Shown piece by piece: positions 18,427 to 27,672 of a stretch of DNA of 60,640 bases (positions are counted from its first letter, which is position 1; the number at the start of each line of letters is the position of its first letter). This DNA comes from a virus (taxonomy: Duplodnaviria > Caudoviricetes): positions 1 to 60,640 of the IMG/VR virus record IMGVR_UViG_3300036774_000032; one strand, given 5' to 3'. The notes beneath the pieces were generated by a model, which saw only the letters and a list, made by a program, of their open reading frames with translations, searched no databases and was not told the DNA's origin. Position numbers and translations under genes: made by a program.

Positions 18427-18888
18427 TTAAGAAACGTTTTCGAGCTGTGGCCTTCTTACCAACGCGAGGTGTTGTCTCATCGCTTCACGCTGCGCCATTA
18501 CCGGTTCAGGGCGTCTCCGGGTTGACCAACGTCCCTTTTCAAAGGTCTCCCGGAACTTCAGGGCAATCTCCGCTTCTCCTCTTTTTACTTTCAGGTATGG
18601 GAGAAGAAGGGAGATGATCTTTTCTGCCTGTCTTCCACTCCAAACAGCGCAGTAGCACGTCCTGGTTGACATGACCGGCTTCACGACGTTTGGCTTTTTA
18701 AACACCACGATTCGCCCAACGCCGAGCGCAGCCTGAATCCACAAGAGAACGTCTCTGTTGGTATTCACCATGGAGACCTTCAGTTCATACCGCCCAGCCT
18801 TCGGACGACCAGAGGAGGATTTGGTGATGCAGATAGAACCCTCTCCGTCGAAGAAGCCGGCGATATACTGAAGGTCTCCGGTGTCCAC
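18427..18888 (-). CDS. Free-standing single-motif LAGLIDADG homing endonuclease
   Basis: YIAGFFDGEGSI, NTN..VL.WI....GVG, LLPYLKVK...AE.AL.F. Confidence 0.9.
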   Translation of the reverse strand: MDTGDLQYIAGFFDGEGSICITKSSSGRPKAGRYELKVSMVNTNRDVLLWIQAALGVGRIVVFKKPNVVKPVMSTRTCYCAVWSGRQAEKIISLLLPYLKVKRGEAEIALKFRETFEKGRWSTRRRPEPVMAQREAMRQHLALVRRPQLENVS

Positions 18889-18890
18889 GC

Positions 18891-19337
18891 CTAACTCGAT
18901 TCAACCATATCCGTGCAGTTGTCCACCGTCTCGTCCCGCGGGACGTACCAGACGATGTAGCGGCACGCGCCGCTGGTAGCCCCGGTCGAGACGTTCGGCA
19001 CGATCTGGTCGCCCGGATCCATGTCGTAGTCCTCGCCGGAGACGTTCTTGTAGACGATCTTTCCGACCGCCGTGGTGGTCGGAATGGTGAGCGTCGCCTC
19101 GTCGGCATCGTCGAAGCCGCTCAACCGCCCGCTGTCGGACCCCGTGAGCACGCGCCGGTCGAAGTTGATGACGGCCGGTCCGCTGAGGATCGTGGTTACG
19201 AGCGCCCCGATCCGCGTCACGGTGATGGGCTGGACGATGTCGAAGATGTATCCTGCATCGCCGGTCGCGCTCAGGTCGTCGGCCGTCCAGTCAGGGTCGT
19301 AGACCATGAATCGTTCGTCGTGCTGTGCAACCCCCAT
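18891..19337 (-). CDS. Putative capsid decoration protein
   Basis: 148-aa beta-rich protein directly after the major capsid gene, with a GAGGAGG RBS. Confidence 0.6.
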   Translation of the reverse strand: MGVAQHDERFMVYDPDWTADDLSATGDAGYIFDIVQPITVTRIGALVTTILSGPAVINFDRRVLTGSDSGRLSGFDDADEATLTIPTTTAVGKIVYKNVSGEDYDMDPGDQIVPNVSTGATSGACRYIVWYVPRDETVDNCTDMVESS

Positions 19338-19404
19338 GGAATGTCCTCCTCTCTTACGTTCCCTTGCGGTTGACGAAATCCCCTTCAGCGATCAGGAGGA
19401 CCGA

Positions 19405-20361
19405 TCAACCGGTGAAGTACACCACCTTGGCCTCGCCATCGTTGGCCGTGTCGTTGGTCAGGCCAAAGGCGAGAATCCCGTACCAGGCCACGGCGCGCGC
19501 CCGGCCGAAGTCGGCCGCCGCTGCCGCGCGCAGCTCCGGATCCTGTGCCACCGCCATGGCGACGGCATCGTCCCCGAAAAACACGGCCTCGCCGACCACG
19601 CTCGATGTCCCCTCGCTATTCGAGAGGGCCGCGGTGTGATTCGACTCGAAGAAGTCGATGTTCTCGATGGTCCCGATCTTCGAGTTCTCGAAGGCCGAGC
19701 GGTTGGTCTCGGGGATCTGCGACCGCCAGGCGAGAAACTCGGGATCATTCTTCAGACCGCGGGCCGCCTTGGTGCTGATGATGCAGGCGTACCGCTCGCC
19801 GTTGCCACGCCCCGGGATGTGGATGGTGTCGCTCATGTAGTCCCGGATGACCTTCACGTGGTTGACGGTCATGTTCTGGAGTCCCGGGGTGCTCACCGGG
19901 ACGCCGTTGGTGTCCCAGGTGATCCCGGTCAGACTGGTCGGGATGGCCACCAGCTCGGACGCCTTGAAGGCCGCCGCCGCCGCGGTGTCCATGACCAGCT
20001 TCAACTGCCGGCGGAGGGCCTTCTGGATCTTGTCCGCCGGGTCGTAGTGCGCGAGGAGCGCGACCTTCTGGTCAAACTCCACGCCCCGCCCCATCTCTTC
20101 GACCGTGATGGTGACGGTTCCTTGCTGCAACCGGTCGATCGGGACGCGCTCCCCCTCGCGGATGGTCGCGTTCGTCGGCTCGGTCAGGTTCTTGATCGTG
20201 GTGATGGTGATGCTATCGCCTCGTCCGCGCCCGTAGCCCGGCTCGGGGCTCACGAAGCGCATGAAGAGCGCATCCGCGATCGAGGCCTCGCGGATCTTGG
20301 CGCTCAATGCGTGGTTCCGCATGACGCCCGCGCTGAAATCTGCTTCCCACTGGAACGGCAT
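19405..20361 (-). CDS. Major capsid protein (HK97 fold, N4-gp56-like)
   Basis: 318 aa after the scaffold; G.G.GDSITI, I.EG, TITV.E.G, IGTIENIDFFES and DFGR..AVAWY motifs; strongly biased codons. Confidence 0.9.
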   Translation of the reverse strand: MPFQWEADFSAGVMRNHALSAKIREASIADALFMRFVSPEPGYGRGRGDSITITTIKNLTEPTNATIREGERVPIDRLQQGTVTITVEEMGRGVEFDQKVALLAHYDPADKIQKALRRQLKLVMDTAAAAAFKASELVAIPTSLTGITWDTNGVPVSTPGLQNMTVNHVKVIRDYMSDTIHIPGRGNGERYACIISTKAARGLKNDPEFLAWRSQIPETNRSAFENSKIGTIENIDFFESNHTAALSNSEGTSSVVGEAVFFGDDAVAMAVAQDPELRAAAAADFGRARAVAWYGILAFGLTNDTANDGEAKVVYFTG

Positions 20362-20393
20362 CGGTTACACTCCTTCCCGGGGCGCGGCGGGTC

Positions 20394-21368
20394 CTACATG
20401 CCCTGATTGGCCCGCCGGAGTTGCTCGACGAAGGTGAGCGGTTGCCCCCCTCCGCCGGACGCCGGGAGACCGGACCCTCCGGGCAAGACCGCGCCTTGCC
20501 CCTGTGCTAGTGCCTGGTTGGTCTGCGCTGCAGCCGTCGCCTTTCCCAAGATCGGGTCCAGCTCGCCGAGCGCCTTTTCCAGCATGTAGAGCGCCTGATC
20601 GGTCAGATTCCCCGGCTTCGCCTTGACGGCGTCGTCCGCGTAACTCCAGATGAGTTTCAGCGGAACACCCGGGGCGTGCTTCTCAAAGAACCCATCGAGC
20701 GACTTGATCGTCGAGTTCGCCCGTTCGGTCTCCTGCATCCGTCCGGTGACGGTGGAGAAGAGTTGATTCGCCACCTGCGGATTCCCGAGGAGGCTCTCGA
20801 CAGTCGGGATCTGACCCAGGATCAGGTTGGCGACCTCCTGGACGAGTACGGCCGTTGCCTCTTCGTCGCTCCCGGCGCCCGTGTACTTGGCATGGATCTG
20901 CTTCGCCTGGTCGGGCGTGATCGAGAGCGGTTGACGACTAGCCGGCTGCAGTGCTCGAGGGGCCGCCTGCACGGGCGCCTGTGGCGGTTGCGCTTGGGGC
21001 TGGGCCTGCGGCTGTGGAGCGACAGGCTGCGCTTGCTGCGTGACCGGGACGACGCCCAGGTCCCGCAACTGGCGCTCCAGTTCGGCGCGCGCGCTAGTGG
21101 CCGCGTGCATCATGCGCTGCGCGTTGGCGACCCGTTCTTCTGCCTTGGGTGTGACCGGCGTGGCCGAGTCCCCGGCAGGAACCGAGGGGGCGGCGGTCGC
21201 ATCGCCAACAGTGGAAACGGGCGCTTGCTCACCACTCGGGGCAGCACTGTCCGAGGGCGAAGGGGTAACCGGCGCGGCCGAGTCCACGACCGGGGCAGCG
21301 GGGGCTGCCGAGGCCGCGGGGGCGGCAGGTTGCCCGGAGTCTGGGGCGGCAACAATCGGATCTGGCAT
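20394..21368 (-). CDS. Capsid scaffolding protein
   Basis: Ala/Pro/Gln-rich, helical, immediately upstream of the capsid gene; AGGGAG RBS before MPDP. Confidence 0.75.
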   Translation of the reverse strand: MPDPIVAAPDSGQPAAPAASAAPAAPVVDSAAPVTPSPSDSAAPSGEQAPVSTVGDATAAPSVPAGDSATPVTPKAEERVANAQRMMHAATSARAELERQLRDLGVVPVTQQAQPVAPQPQAQPQAQPPQAPVQAAPRALQPASRQPLSITPDQAKQIHAKYTGAGSDEEATAVLVQEVANLILGQIPTVESLLGNPQVANQLFSTVTGRMQETERANSTIKSLDGFFEKHAPGVPLKLIWSYADDAVKAKPGNLTDQALYMLEKALGELDPILGKATAAAQTNQALAQGQGAVLPGGSGLPASGGGGQPLTFVEQLRRANQGM

Positions 21369-21414
21369 CGGATACTCCCTGCTCCGAGAGTCCTTGCGGG
21401 TCGGAGCGTCGGAC

Positions 21415-21462
21415 AAAAACAAAAAGCGGACCCGGTTCGCCGCAATGGCGTCAGGCCCGCTT
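21415..21462 (-). terminator. Intrinsic terminator-like hairpin upstream of the scaffold gene
   Basis: AAGCGGGCCUG...CGGGUCCGCUU followed by UUUGUUUUUG. Confidence 0.6.
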
Positions 21463-21654
21463 GGGCTTGGTCGTATTCGGTTCAGCGCGTCAATGCGCCG
21501 TGGTGCTTACTTCGCCGGAATGATCTCGACCGGCGTCAGGATTCCCTCCTTGATGGTGCCATCGCCCGGGAAGACCAGCGTCAGGACGACGGGCTCGCGT
21601 TTCTCCTGCGCTTCCTTGATCCGTTCGTAGATCGGCTGCGGGATCGCGCCCATA

Positions 21655-21897
21655 TCAGTTCTCGTTACTGAGGTTCGGATGGTTCATCTGCTTGAACTGA
21701 TCGGGCCACCGGTACTGATTGTGCTCCGGTTGAAAGCTCGGCCCCACTCCCGCTTTGTACGCGCCGCGGTAGTCATAGTAATGCTCGGGATCATCCGGAT
21801 TGGGGTTGATGCCAGTGATCTTCGCCCATTTGGCGTACCAATCCTGAAATGCCTGCTCCTCGTCGGCCTGTTTGAGCTGATCCACCATGGTAGGCAT
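21655..21897 (-). CDS. Small conserved phage protein (YDYRGA..WPD.FK..HP type)
   Basis: Motif recurrent in environmental phages; N-terminus PTMVDQLKQAD. Confidence 0.7.
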   Translation of the reverse strand: MPTMVDQLKQADEEQAFQDWYAKWAKITGINPNPDDPEHYYDYRGAYKAGVGPSFQPEHNQYRWPDQFKQMNHPNLSNEN

Positions 21898-22184
21898 TAG
21901 TCCACCTTCGCCAGCGCCCCATACCGACGCCGCAGCAATCGCTCACTCGCCCGCTTGCCGATGTCGATACGGCCGTCAATGTCGTTCATCAGTTGGCGGA
22001 ACACGTCCAGCACATCCGGCGGGACCTTCTTATTCATCACGGCATCCAGCCACATGGCGAAGTGCCGCTCGATCAAGGGAAGGAATTCGCCCTTGAAGAA
22101 TGGCGACTCGACGAAGGCCTTGAACGCCTCGGCGCGCTCGATCTTTCGGATCTCGGAAAGTTCGTCCTTCGGGGTGTCGGTCAT
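21897..22184 (-). CDS. Small helical protein downstream of the portal
   Basis: 95 aa, translationally coupled; typical position in podovirus head modules. Confidence 0.65.
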   Translation of the reverse strand: MTDTPKDELSEIRKIERAEAFKAFVESPFFKGEFLPLIERHFAMWLDAVMNKKVPPDVLDVFRQLMNDIDGRIDIGKRASERLLRRRYGALAKVD

Positions 22185-22354
22185 ACGCGGCCTCGCATCT
22201 TGCGCTTGCGTGGCATCCCAGAAGCCCTATTCGCAATCGCCCAGGCCTGTTTCGGGTCGGTCACGATCGGGCCGCCCTTTCCGGAGTGCAGGGCGTGCGC
22301 CTCGAATTCCCGCATGACTTTGTCTCGGCCCTTCCTTCCACGCATAACGGGCAT
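22181..22354 (-). CDS. DUF6496-like small basic protein (57 aa)
   Basis: Manual translation ...KVMREFEAHALHSGKGGPIVTDPKQAWAIA...; below the ORF-track cutoff. Confidence 0.7.
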   Translation of the reverse strand: MPVMRGRKGRDKVMREFEAHALHSGKGGPIVTDPKQAWAIANRASGMPRKRKMRGRV

Positions 22355-22608
22355 CAGGGTTTCCCCTGCTTGTCATCTAGGCGGGATGCTGTGATGGCTC
22401 GGCTGCTGTCAGCGTCATCGCCCTGCGTGCTACCCATCCCGCCTGCCGGTGCTGACACTGAGGTCAGCAGGCCATTGAGTCCGTTGTCATGCTTCGAATG
22501 CTGGGTAATTGCATCGCATTTAAGGCATCGCCAACCTGCTGGACGTGCAATCAAACTAGGGACCATTTGCTTACACAAGGGACAAGAAATCAATTCTTCC
22601 ATGGTCAC
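22354..22608 (-). CDS. Zinc-ribbon protein
   Basis: CPLC...CLKC. Confidence 0.55.
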   Translation of the reverse strand: MTMEELISCPLCKQMVPSLIARPAGWRCLKCDAITQHSKHDNGLNGLLTSVSAPAGGMGSTQGDDADSSRAITASRLDDKQGKP

Positions 22609-24659
22609 GCCCCTGGCGCCGTGCTGAGTTCATTCGGACTTGGCTTCATCTGCCGCATGGTCGGCTTCCCATTGCCCGGAGAGCCGGTCGGTGGTCCCTG
22701 TCTAGGGGCTCCCGGCGTTGGCTTCGGCAGCATGTTCGCCCCCGCCGCCGCCATGGCCGCGATCTCCTGCGGCGAGGCGCCCGCGAGTTCCTCCGCCATC
22801 ATCGGGGGGAGGTCGCCCCGCAGCGAGACGTTCACCTTTGGCGGCTCCTGCTTTCCCGCGAGCATCTTCTGCACCACGGCCGCCGGAACCATCTGCTCTT
22901 CGCTCACCGGGATCTTGTCGCGCACGCCCATGGCGTCGAAGATCGTCGAGAGGACCTCAGCCGGATTCGTGTACCCGGCATAGATTCCCTCGGCCGCCAG
23001 ACTGGCGGCCTGCATCAAGCGCCCGAGCAGATCCGCCTTCTGGAGGGATTGCGTGATGCCGCTAAACGTATAGTTGTACTGCCCGCCGAGTTCCTGCATC
23101 CGGGCTGCTGGTTCCATCATGTTCAAGAGCTGGGAGTATTGCGGCCCCACGACGGCGGCGATGGTCGGGTCGCTCCAGTCGGTCATGTACTGGCTCATAA
23201 AGTCATACGCCAGCTCGAGACAGGCCTTCCCGCCTTCCTCGATGTCGCGCCCCATCCCGTCGAACATGCCCATGCTCTGCCCGGTCCGGATCTGCACCTC
23301 GCCCTTGGTGATCTGGCTCCGCGTGCCCTGCGACCCCATCACGAAGTTATTGACAAAGGCGTTCTGCTCCCAGAGCGTCTGCATGAACTGCATCGCCGCG
23401 AGGACTTCCCCGGTGGACATCTGCCCGATCGCGGCCGGTGAGAGGAGCTGCCCCTCGCCGATCTTGCGCCAGAGCTTGCCAGGGTAGTGCTCGTGGTCGT
23501 CGTCCTCTTCCAGGAGGTTGGTGTTCAACTCGGTTGGCTGGTTGACCTTCCAGTTGAGCCCGTCTGTGAAGAGGTTGAACAGATTCGAGAACAGGACGGC
23601 TAGCGGCGTGACTGCTTGAAGGATGCCCCAGCCCTCGAAGCGCAGTGGATGGCGGATCGGTGAGAATCCGATGAATGGCCACTTCCGCCGGAAGGTCCGC
23701 GGGTCCACGGCCCACAGCGGATTCTCGGTCGGTCCGTAGATCAGGACCTTCCGATCCGCGGCGATCATCAGGGCGTCGGGATAGACGAGGTCGCCATTCT
23801 CGTCGAGGATGTCGCCGTACCACTCGGAGGCGAGGATGGGCTTCCGGAATTCATGGGGCTCCCACGTCTGACCCTTCCGCTGGGCATCGGCTGCGGCCCC
23901 GGATCTGTCGTCGGTCCCACCCGAGGCGCCCGACGCGAGCGCCGTATCGAGGTTCTTATAGACCGTACTCCCGCTCAAGACGGCGCGATCCACGTAATCC
24001 TCGTGGATGAGGTAGCTCCCAGACCACTGCTCGCCCGGGCGGCTGCGGGGATCGCGGTAGATGTTCCAGGGGGGAACGGTCCCGATGTCGAGCGCCGACT
24101 GACGCCGCATCTTGTACTGCGGCACGAGCGTTGGCATCTGTCCGGGGCTCGCCATGAGCTGCACGCTGTCGAGGATCGGCGAGGGCATGGAGGGATAGCG
24201 GAACTTCAGATACATGCTCATGCCCGTCGCCAGGCCGACCTTCATGGCGTCCACGAATTTCGGGATGAAGCCGGACTTGGTGAAGGCAAACAGGAGGACC
24301 GGGTTCCAGATTTTCTCCGCGAGGAGCTTGTCTTTCTGGTCGACGCCGTCGATCTTGGCGAAGTCCGAGTTATTCATCAGGCCGAGCTTCAGGACGTTGC
24401 TCGCCTGCTCGACCGCGCTCCAGGGCGTCGGGATCCAAACGGCCGACTGCCACTCTTCCTTGTCGCCGTAGTCGACCTCGGACTGGTAGTAGCGCCAGGA
24501 CTCGGTCCAGCCGGCGCGGAGCTTCGTCGTCGACCGCTCGCTCTCGTCGCGGTTCGCGTTGAGGAGCCGGATGAGATGCGCCTCGGGCAGGGCCAGGGCT
24601 TTGGCTCGGCCTTCGGCACGGGCCTGGGTGTCGAAACGCAGCTCCTCGGATGATGGCAC
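22605..24659 (-). CDS. Portal protein (P22-like)
   Basis: 684 aa after the terminase; PWNIYRDP, EWYG, PF......P.RFEGWG, YPGK.W and T.GEVQI motifs. Confidence 0.85.
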   Translation of the reverse strand: MPSSEELRFDTQARAEGRAKALALPEAHLIRLLNANRDESERSTTKLRAGWTESWRYYQSEVDYGDKEEWQSAVWIPTPWSAVEQASNVLKLGLMNNSDFAKIDGVDQKDKLLAEKIWNPVLLFAFTKSGFIPKFVDAMKVGLATGMSMYLKFRYPSMPSPILDSVQLMASPGQMPTLVPQYKMRRQSALDIGTVPPWNIYRDPRSRPGEQWSGSYLIHEDYVDRAVLSGSTVYKNLDTALASGASGGTDDRSGAAADAQRKGQTWEPHEFRKPILASEWYGDILDENGDLVYPDALMIAADRKVLIYGPTENPLWAVDPRTFRRKWPFIGFSPIRHPLRFEGWGILQAVTPLAVLFSNLFNLFTDGLNWKVNQPTELNTNLLEEDDDHEHYPGKLWRKIGEGQLLSPAAIGQMSTGEVLAAMQFMQTLWEQNAFVNNFVMGSQGTRSQITKGEVQIRTGQSMGMFDGMGRDIEEGGKACLELAYDFMSQYMTDWSDPTIAAVVGPQYSQLLNMMEPAARMQELGGQYNYTFSGITQSLQKADLLGRLMQAASLAAEGIYAGYTNPAEVLSTIFDAMGVRDKIPVSEEQMVPAAVVQKMLAGKQEPPKVNVSLRGDLPPMMAEELAGASPQEIAAMAAAGANMLPKPTPGAPRQGPPTGSPGNGKPTMRQMKPSPNELSTAPGA

Positions 24660-24660
24660 G

Positions 24661-25026
24661 CTATCCCCTTCCTCTCGTGCGGTTTCTCAACTGAGACAGT
24701 GCTGCCACGTCAAGCGCGCGATTTGTGCGTCCTGGATATTCGACATTTGGCATAGGTGCCGTTGGTTCGGGAGCCATCATCGGCACGGGATATTGCACAT
24801 CAGATGGCCCATAAAATCCTCTGTACCCAGGGCCGGGATCTGTCAGTTCTGGGTTTGGTCTCTGATACCCATACTCGGGAAGGTCCGGCATATCGGGCAC
24901 CGGAAGGACATATCCTCCCTGATACGCCGGTCCAGTTTGCGTTGGATATATACCAAGACTGAGGGCTCGCTGTATGGCGTCCATCAAGTCCTGTTCGGTC
25001 TGCGATGTTCCAACGCCCTGCGGCAC
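24661..25026 (-). CDS. Hypothetical Pro-rich protein
   Basis: ORF fills the gap between neighbours. Confidence 0.5.
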   Translation of the reverse strand: MPQGVGTSQTEQDLMDAIQRALSLGIYPTQTGPAYQGGYVLPVPDMPDLPEYGYQRPNPELTDPGPGYRGFYGPSDVQYPVPMMAPEPTAPMPNVEYPGRTNRALDVAALSQLRNRTRGRG

Positions 25027-25027
25027 G

Positions 25028-25321
25028 CTATCCCTCCATCGGCAGCACGCCTCCGACCTTCACCACATGCCACTTCTTCACGCGCGGTGGCGTCCCGAGC
25101 TTCTCCCGCGGGATGAGCGCCGGGGACACGGCAGGGGCGTGAACCTCGCTGTGCCCGAAGATGCGCTCGCCCAGGTCGAACGGGCACGGCTCCGGGTCGA
25201 GGCCGCGGTGGGTCTCATGCCAGATCGTATGTCCCTTCGCTTCGGAGCAGCGGTTGCATCTGAATGCTGTTGGTTTTCTTTTCCCGGACATATTCACGGG
25301 AATCACGCCTTGATAGGCCAT
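25028..25321 (-). CDS. Hypothetical Cys/His-containing protein
   Basis: CNRC...H...C; RBS present. Confidence 0.55.
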   Translation of the reverse strand: MAYQGVIPVNMSGKRKPTAFRCNRCSEAKGHTIWHETHRGLDPEPCPFDLGERIFGHSEVHAPAVSPALIPREKLGTPPRVKKWHVVKVGGVLPMEG

Positions 25322-25366
25322 GTTATTTCTTCTTCCCTCCGCCCTTCTTGCCCTTGCACGCCACGG

Positions 25367-25609
25367 CTATCGCCCCCTTCCCTTCCGCCCCTTGGACAGG
25401 ACATTCTCGTAGAACAACTCTTGCGCCAGCGCCTTCTTCCCGAGTTTCCCAGCCCGCGCTGCGCGATGCTTCTTCTTCGGAATCGGCTTATCCTGCGGTG
25501 TGCCGGTGCTCTCGTGGAGTCCTCCCTCCTTGAACCGGATCGGCGGTTGGCCGCGCTTGCCTTGTAGGGTCCGCATGTGCTCGACCATGGTCCGGGGCTT
25601 CGCCATCAC
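25367..25609 (-). CDS. Small basic phage protein (K.G.LH..G.P....IP type)
   Basis: GGAGG RBS; KEGGLHESTGTPQDKPIPKKK motif common near packaging genes. Confidence 0.7.
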   Translation of the reverse strand: MMAKPRTMVEHMRTLQGKRGQPPIRFKEGGLHESTGTPQDKPIPKKKHRAARAGKLGKKALAQELFYENVLSKGRKGRGR

Positions 25610-25688
25610 TTCCTCCGTTTGCTACAGACGTGCGGGTATCTGTCCACCACGTACATTTGGCCGCATTTCGGACATAAGATAACCGCCA

Positions 25689-27125
25689 TCATCCCAACCT
25701 CGGCGCGTAGCCCTTGGCCCGCACCTTGAGCTTCTGATCGAGGGCTCGCGCCTTCGCCGATGCCTGCGCAGTTCGTGGGAATCCCTGCCCGTAGACGGCG
25801 AGTGCCAGGTAGGCCACACAGTTCCCCAGATGGCTATGGCGCCCCTCTTCCCCCGTGTTCACCGGCTTGCCCGTCTTCCCGTAGTGCCAGCCGCCCGAGA
25901 GCGCCGCATGCACCTCGGCACACTCCGGACCCGCGACGACCAGGGCCGCCTCGCCCGAGGAGAGGATGCGCCGCAGATGGGTATTGATCGTGCGCGTCCT
26001 CGGTTCCTCGTCGTTTGTGACGGTGATCCAGCGCCCGGGGAGGATCCGCTGAATGGTCAGGGAGGCTGACTCATTGCGGTCGGACTGGTCGCCCGTCTCC
26101 ATCGTGGGGTCGCCCGTGTGGATCAGCTCGCGGTTCCGCACGCCGTTCCTGACGAGCCACGGAAGGACGATCTCTTTCGCCAGCTCTCCCACGTCCGCGT
26201 TGTCGAGGCGCCGCCCGAGGTGCACGCGAAGCTGTCCTCCGCTCGACATGCTCGCAATCACACAGGCCGGATGGTGCCATCCATCCCAGGAGAGATAGAT
26301 CGGCCCGGGGGCGATCGGGAAGGGTTGATACTTGCGATGCAGCGTTTCCGAGTAGGCCGGCGTGACCGGGTCGCCAAGCGAGAGTTGTCCGGGTTGACCG
26401 GCGATGAGGCGCTTCAAGAGGTCAGGACGGTTCGCCAGGGACGTTGCCCACTGCTCCCGTTGCTCCGGGGAGGCCCCCTCGTCAGTCGGGATGCGGTAGA
26501 GCGCCGTGGAGAGTTTCTGATCGCCGGGCCGATCCTTCAGGACAAACCGGCGCCAGGTCCAGTGCTGCTCGTCCGGGTAGTTCGTCGTCAGCGCCGCGAC
26601 GTTGGCGTGTGTGGGCAAACGCATGGACGTGACCGCGGTCGCCCACGCCGTCTCGCTGAACCCCGCGGACGTGACCAGGCTCGCGGCCGGCGCCGCTTCT
26701 TCTCCCCAGACGCAGTGCGTCTCCATCCGGGCGCGGTCGATGGCCCCCTGATCTTCGAGTCCGAAGAGGCGCAACTGCACGAGGGCCTGCCCGTTGACGA
26801 CCGCATGGGCGATATGCCCGCCATCCGACAGACGCCAGAGCCCTTGCCATCGGTCTTGCTTCAGGGTCTCGATGGTCTTGGCCTTGTGACTCGAGAAGTA
26901 GTCCATCATCCCGGCCCACTTGACCGGGAGGGCGTGGCCGGCTTCGGCATGATGCTGGGCATGGGCGATGGTGGCAATCAGGAGGGACCACGTCTTGCGG
27001 CTGCCACGGGCGCCGAAGCAACAGATTTCTGTGGCATCGCCTCGGGCAACGGCATTGGCGAACGCCCCGCCAACTGGCAGGAGTTCCAGGCGGAGCGCCT
27101 CTTGCTCAATCGTGCCCGTTGCCAT
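25689..27125 (-). CDS. terL: Terminase large subunit
   Basis: Walker A GARGSRKT, Walker B CVWGEE, coupling motif TTN, RNase-H-like LSWDG and GDP. Confidence 0.9.
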   Translation of the reverse strand: MATGTIEQEALRLELLPVGGAFANAVARGDATEICCFGARGSRKTWSLLIATIAHAQHHAEAGHALPVKWAGMMDYFSSHKAKTIETLKQDRWQGLWRLSDGGHIAHAVVNGQALVQLRLFGLEDQGAIDRARMETHCVWGEEAAPAASLVTSAGFSETAWATAVTSMRLPTHANVAALTTNYPDEQHWTWRRFVLKDRPGDQKLSTALYRIPTDEGASPEQREQWATSLANRPDLLKRLIAGQPGQLSLGDPVTPAYSETLHRKYQPFPIAPGPIYLSWDGWHHPACVIASMSSGGQLRVHLGRRLDNADVGELAKEIVLPWLVRNGVRNRELIHTGDPTMETGDQSDRNESASLTIQRILPGRWITVTNDEEPRTRTINTHLRRILSSGEAALVVAGPECAEVHAALSGGWHYGKTGKPVNTGEEGRHSHLGNCVAYLALAVYGQGFPRTAQASAKARALDQKLKVRAKGYAPRLG

Positions 27126-27672
27126 TCCCCTCCCCGCGTTCGATGGTCACGATCTGAATGCCGGTCTTCTTGGTCGACTGCGGTCCCTGCGCGAACACGA
27201 TGTTGACGGCGACGGGTCCGTTCCCGACCGACCCGAGGTCATCCTTCGGGTAGGCGTTGAGTAACTTGAGGTTCTGCTCGGCCGCCCACCGCTGCGAGTC
27301 GTTGTCGCGTAGCTCGACGATCTCGGATCCCCGTAGCACTTTCCCGTCGTCATTCATCACCGTCCCGACGGTCACGACCTCCTTCTTCGCGTCGTACATC
27401 TCCCGGATCTTGAGCAGCGGCGGGTCGAGTCCGAGGCCCAGCTCACGCATGCGCCGTGAGATGGCCTGCCCGATGTTGCCATACTTGACACGCTGCTGGA
27501 TCGCATTCGAGTCCGGGTGGAGTCCGACCTCGCGGCAACAGGCCGACAGGCTTTTCTTCCCCTCTGCATACAGCATCGCCAGGCGCATCTCCCTCGGCGT
27601 GAGGTCAATCACCTCGTCGTCGGGCGGGGGCGGGGGAAGGGCCTGTCGCTTGCCGTTCCCGCTCTTAGGCAT
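27106..27672 (-). CDS. terS: Terminase small subunit
   Basis: LTPRE...HTH-like N-terminus, DN..Q..A...LKL..AY motif, directly upstream of terL. Confidence 0.75.
   Translation of the reverse strand: MPKSGNGKRQALPPPPPDDEVIDLTPREMRLAMLYAEGKKSLSACCREVGLHPDSNAIQQRVKYGNIGQAISRRMRELGLGLDPPLLKIREMYDAKKEVVTVGTVMNDDGKVLRGSEIVELRDNDSQRWAAEQNLKLLNAYPKDDLGSVGNGPVAVNIVFAQGPQSTKKTGIQIVTIERGEGNGNGHD

Noticed and set aside
18313-18890. Group I intron around the LAGLIDADG gene
   Set aside because: Flanking genes have their own stop and start/RBS, and I could not identify P7 or other core elements, so it is treated as free-standing.
19350-19407. Stop-codon readthrough fusing the capsid to the next gene
   Set aside because: The readthrough frame hits TAA after 16 codons and is out of frame with 18891-19337.
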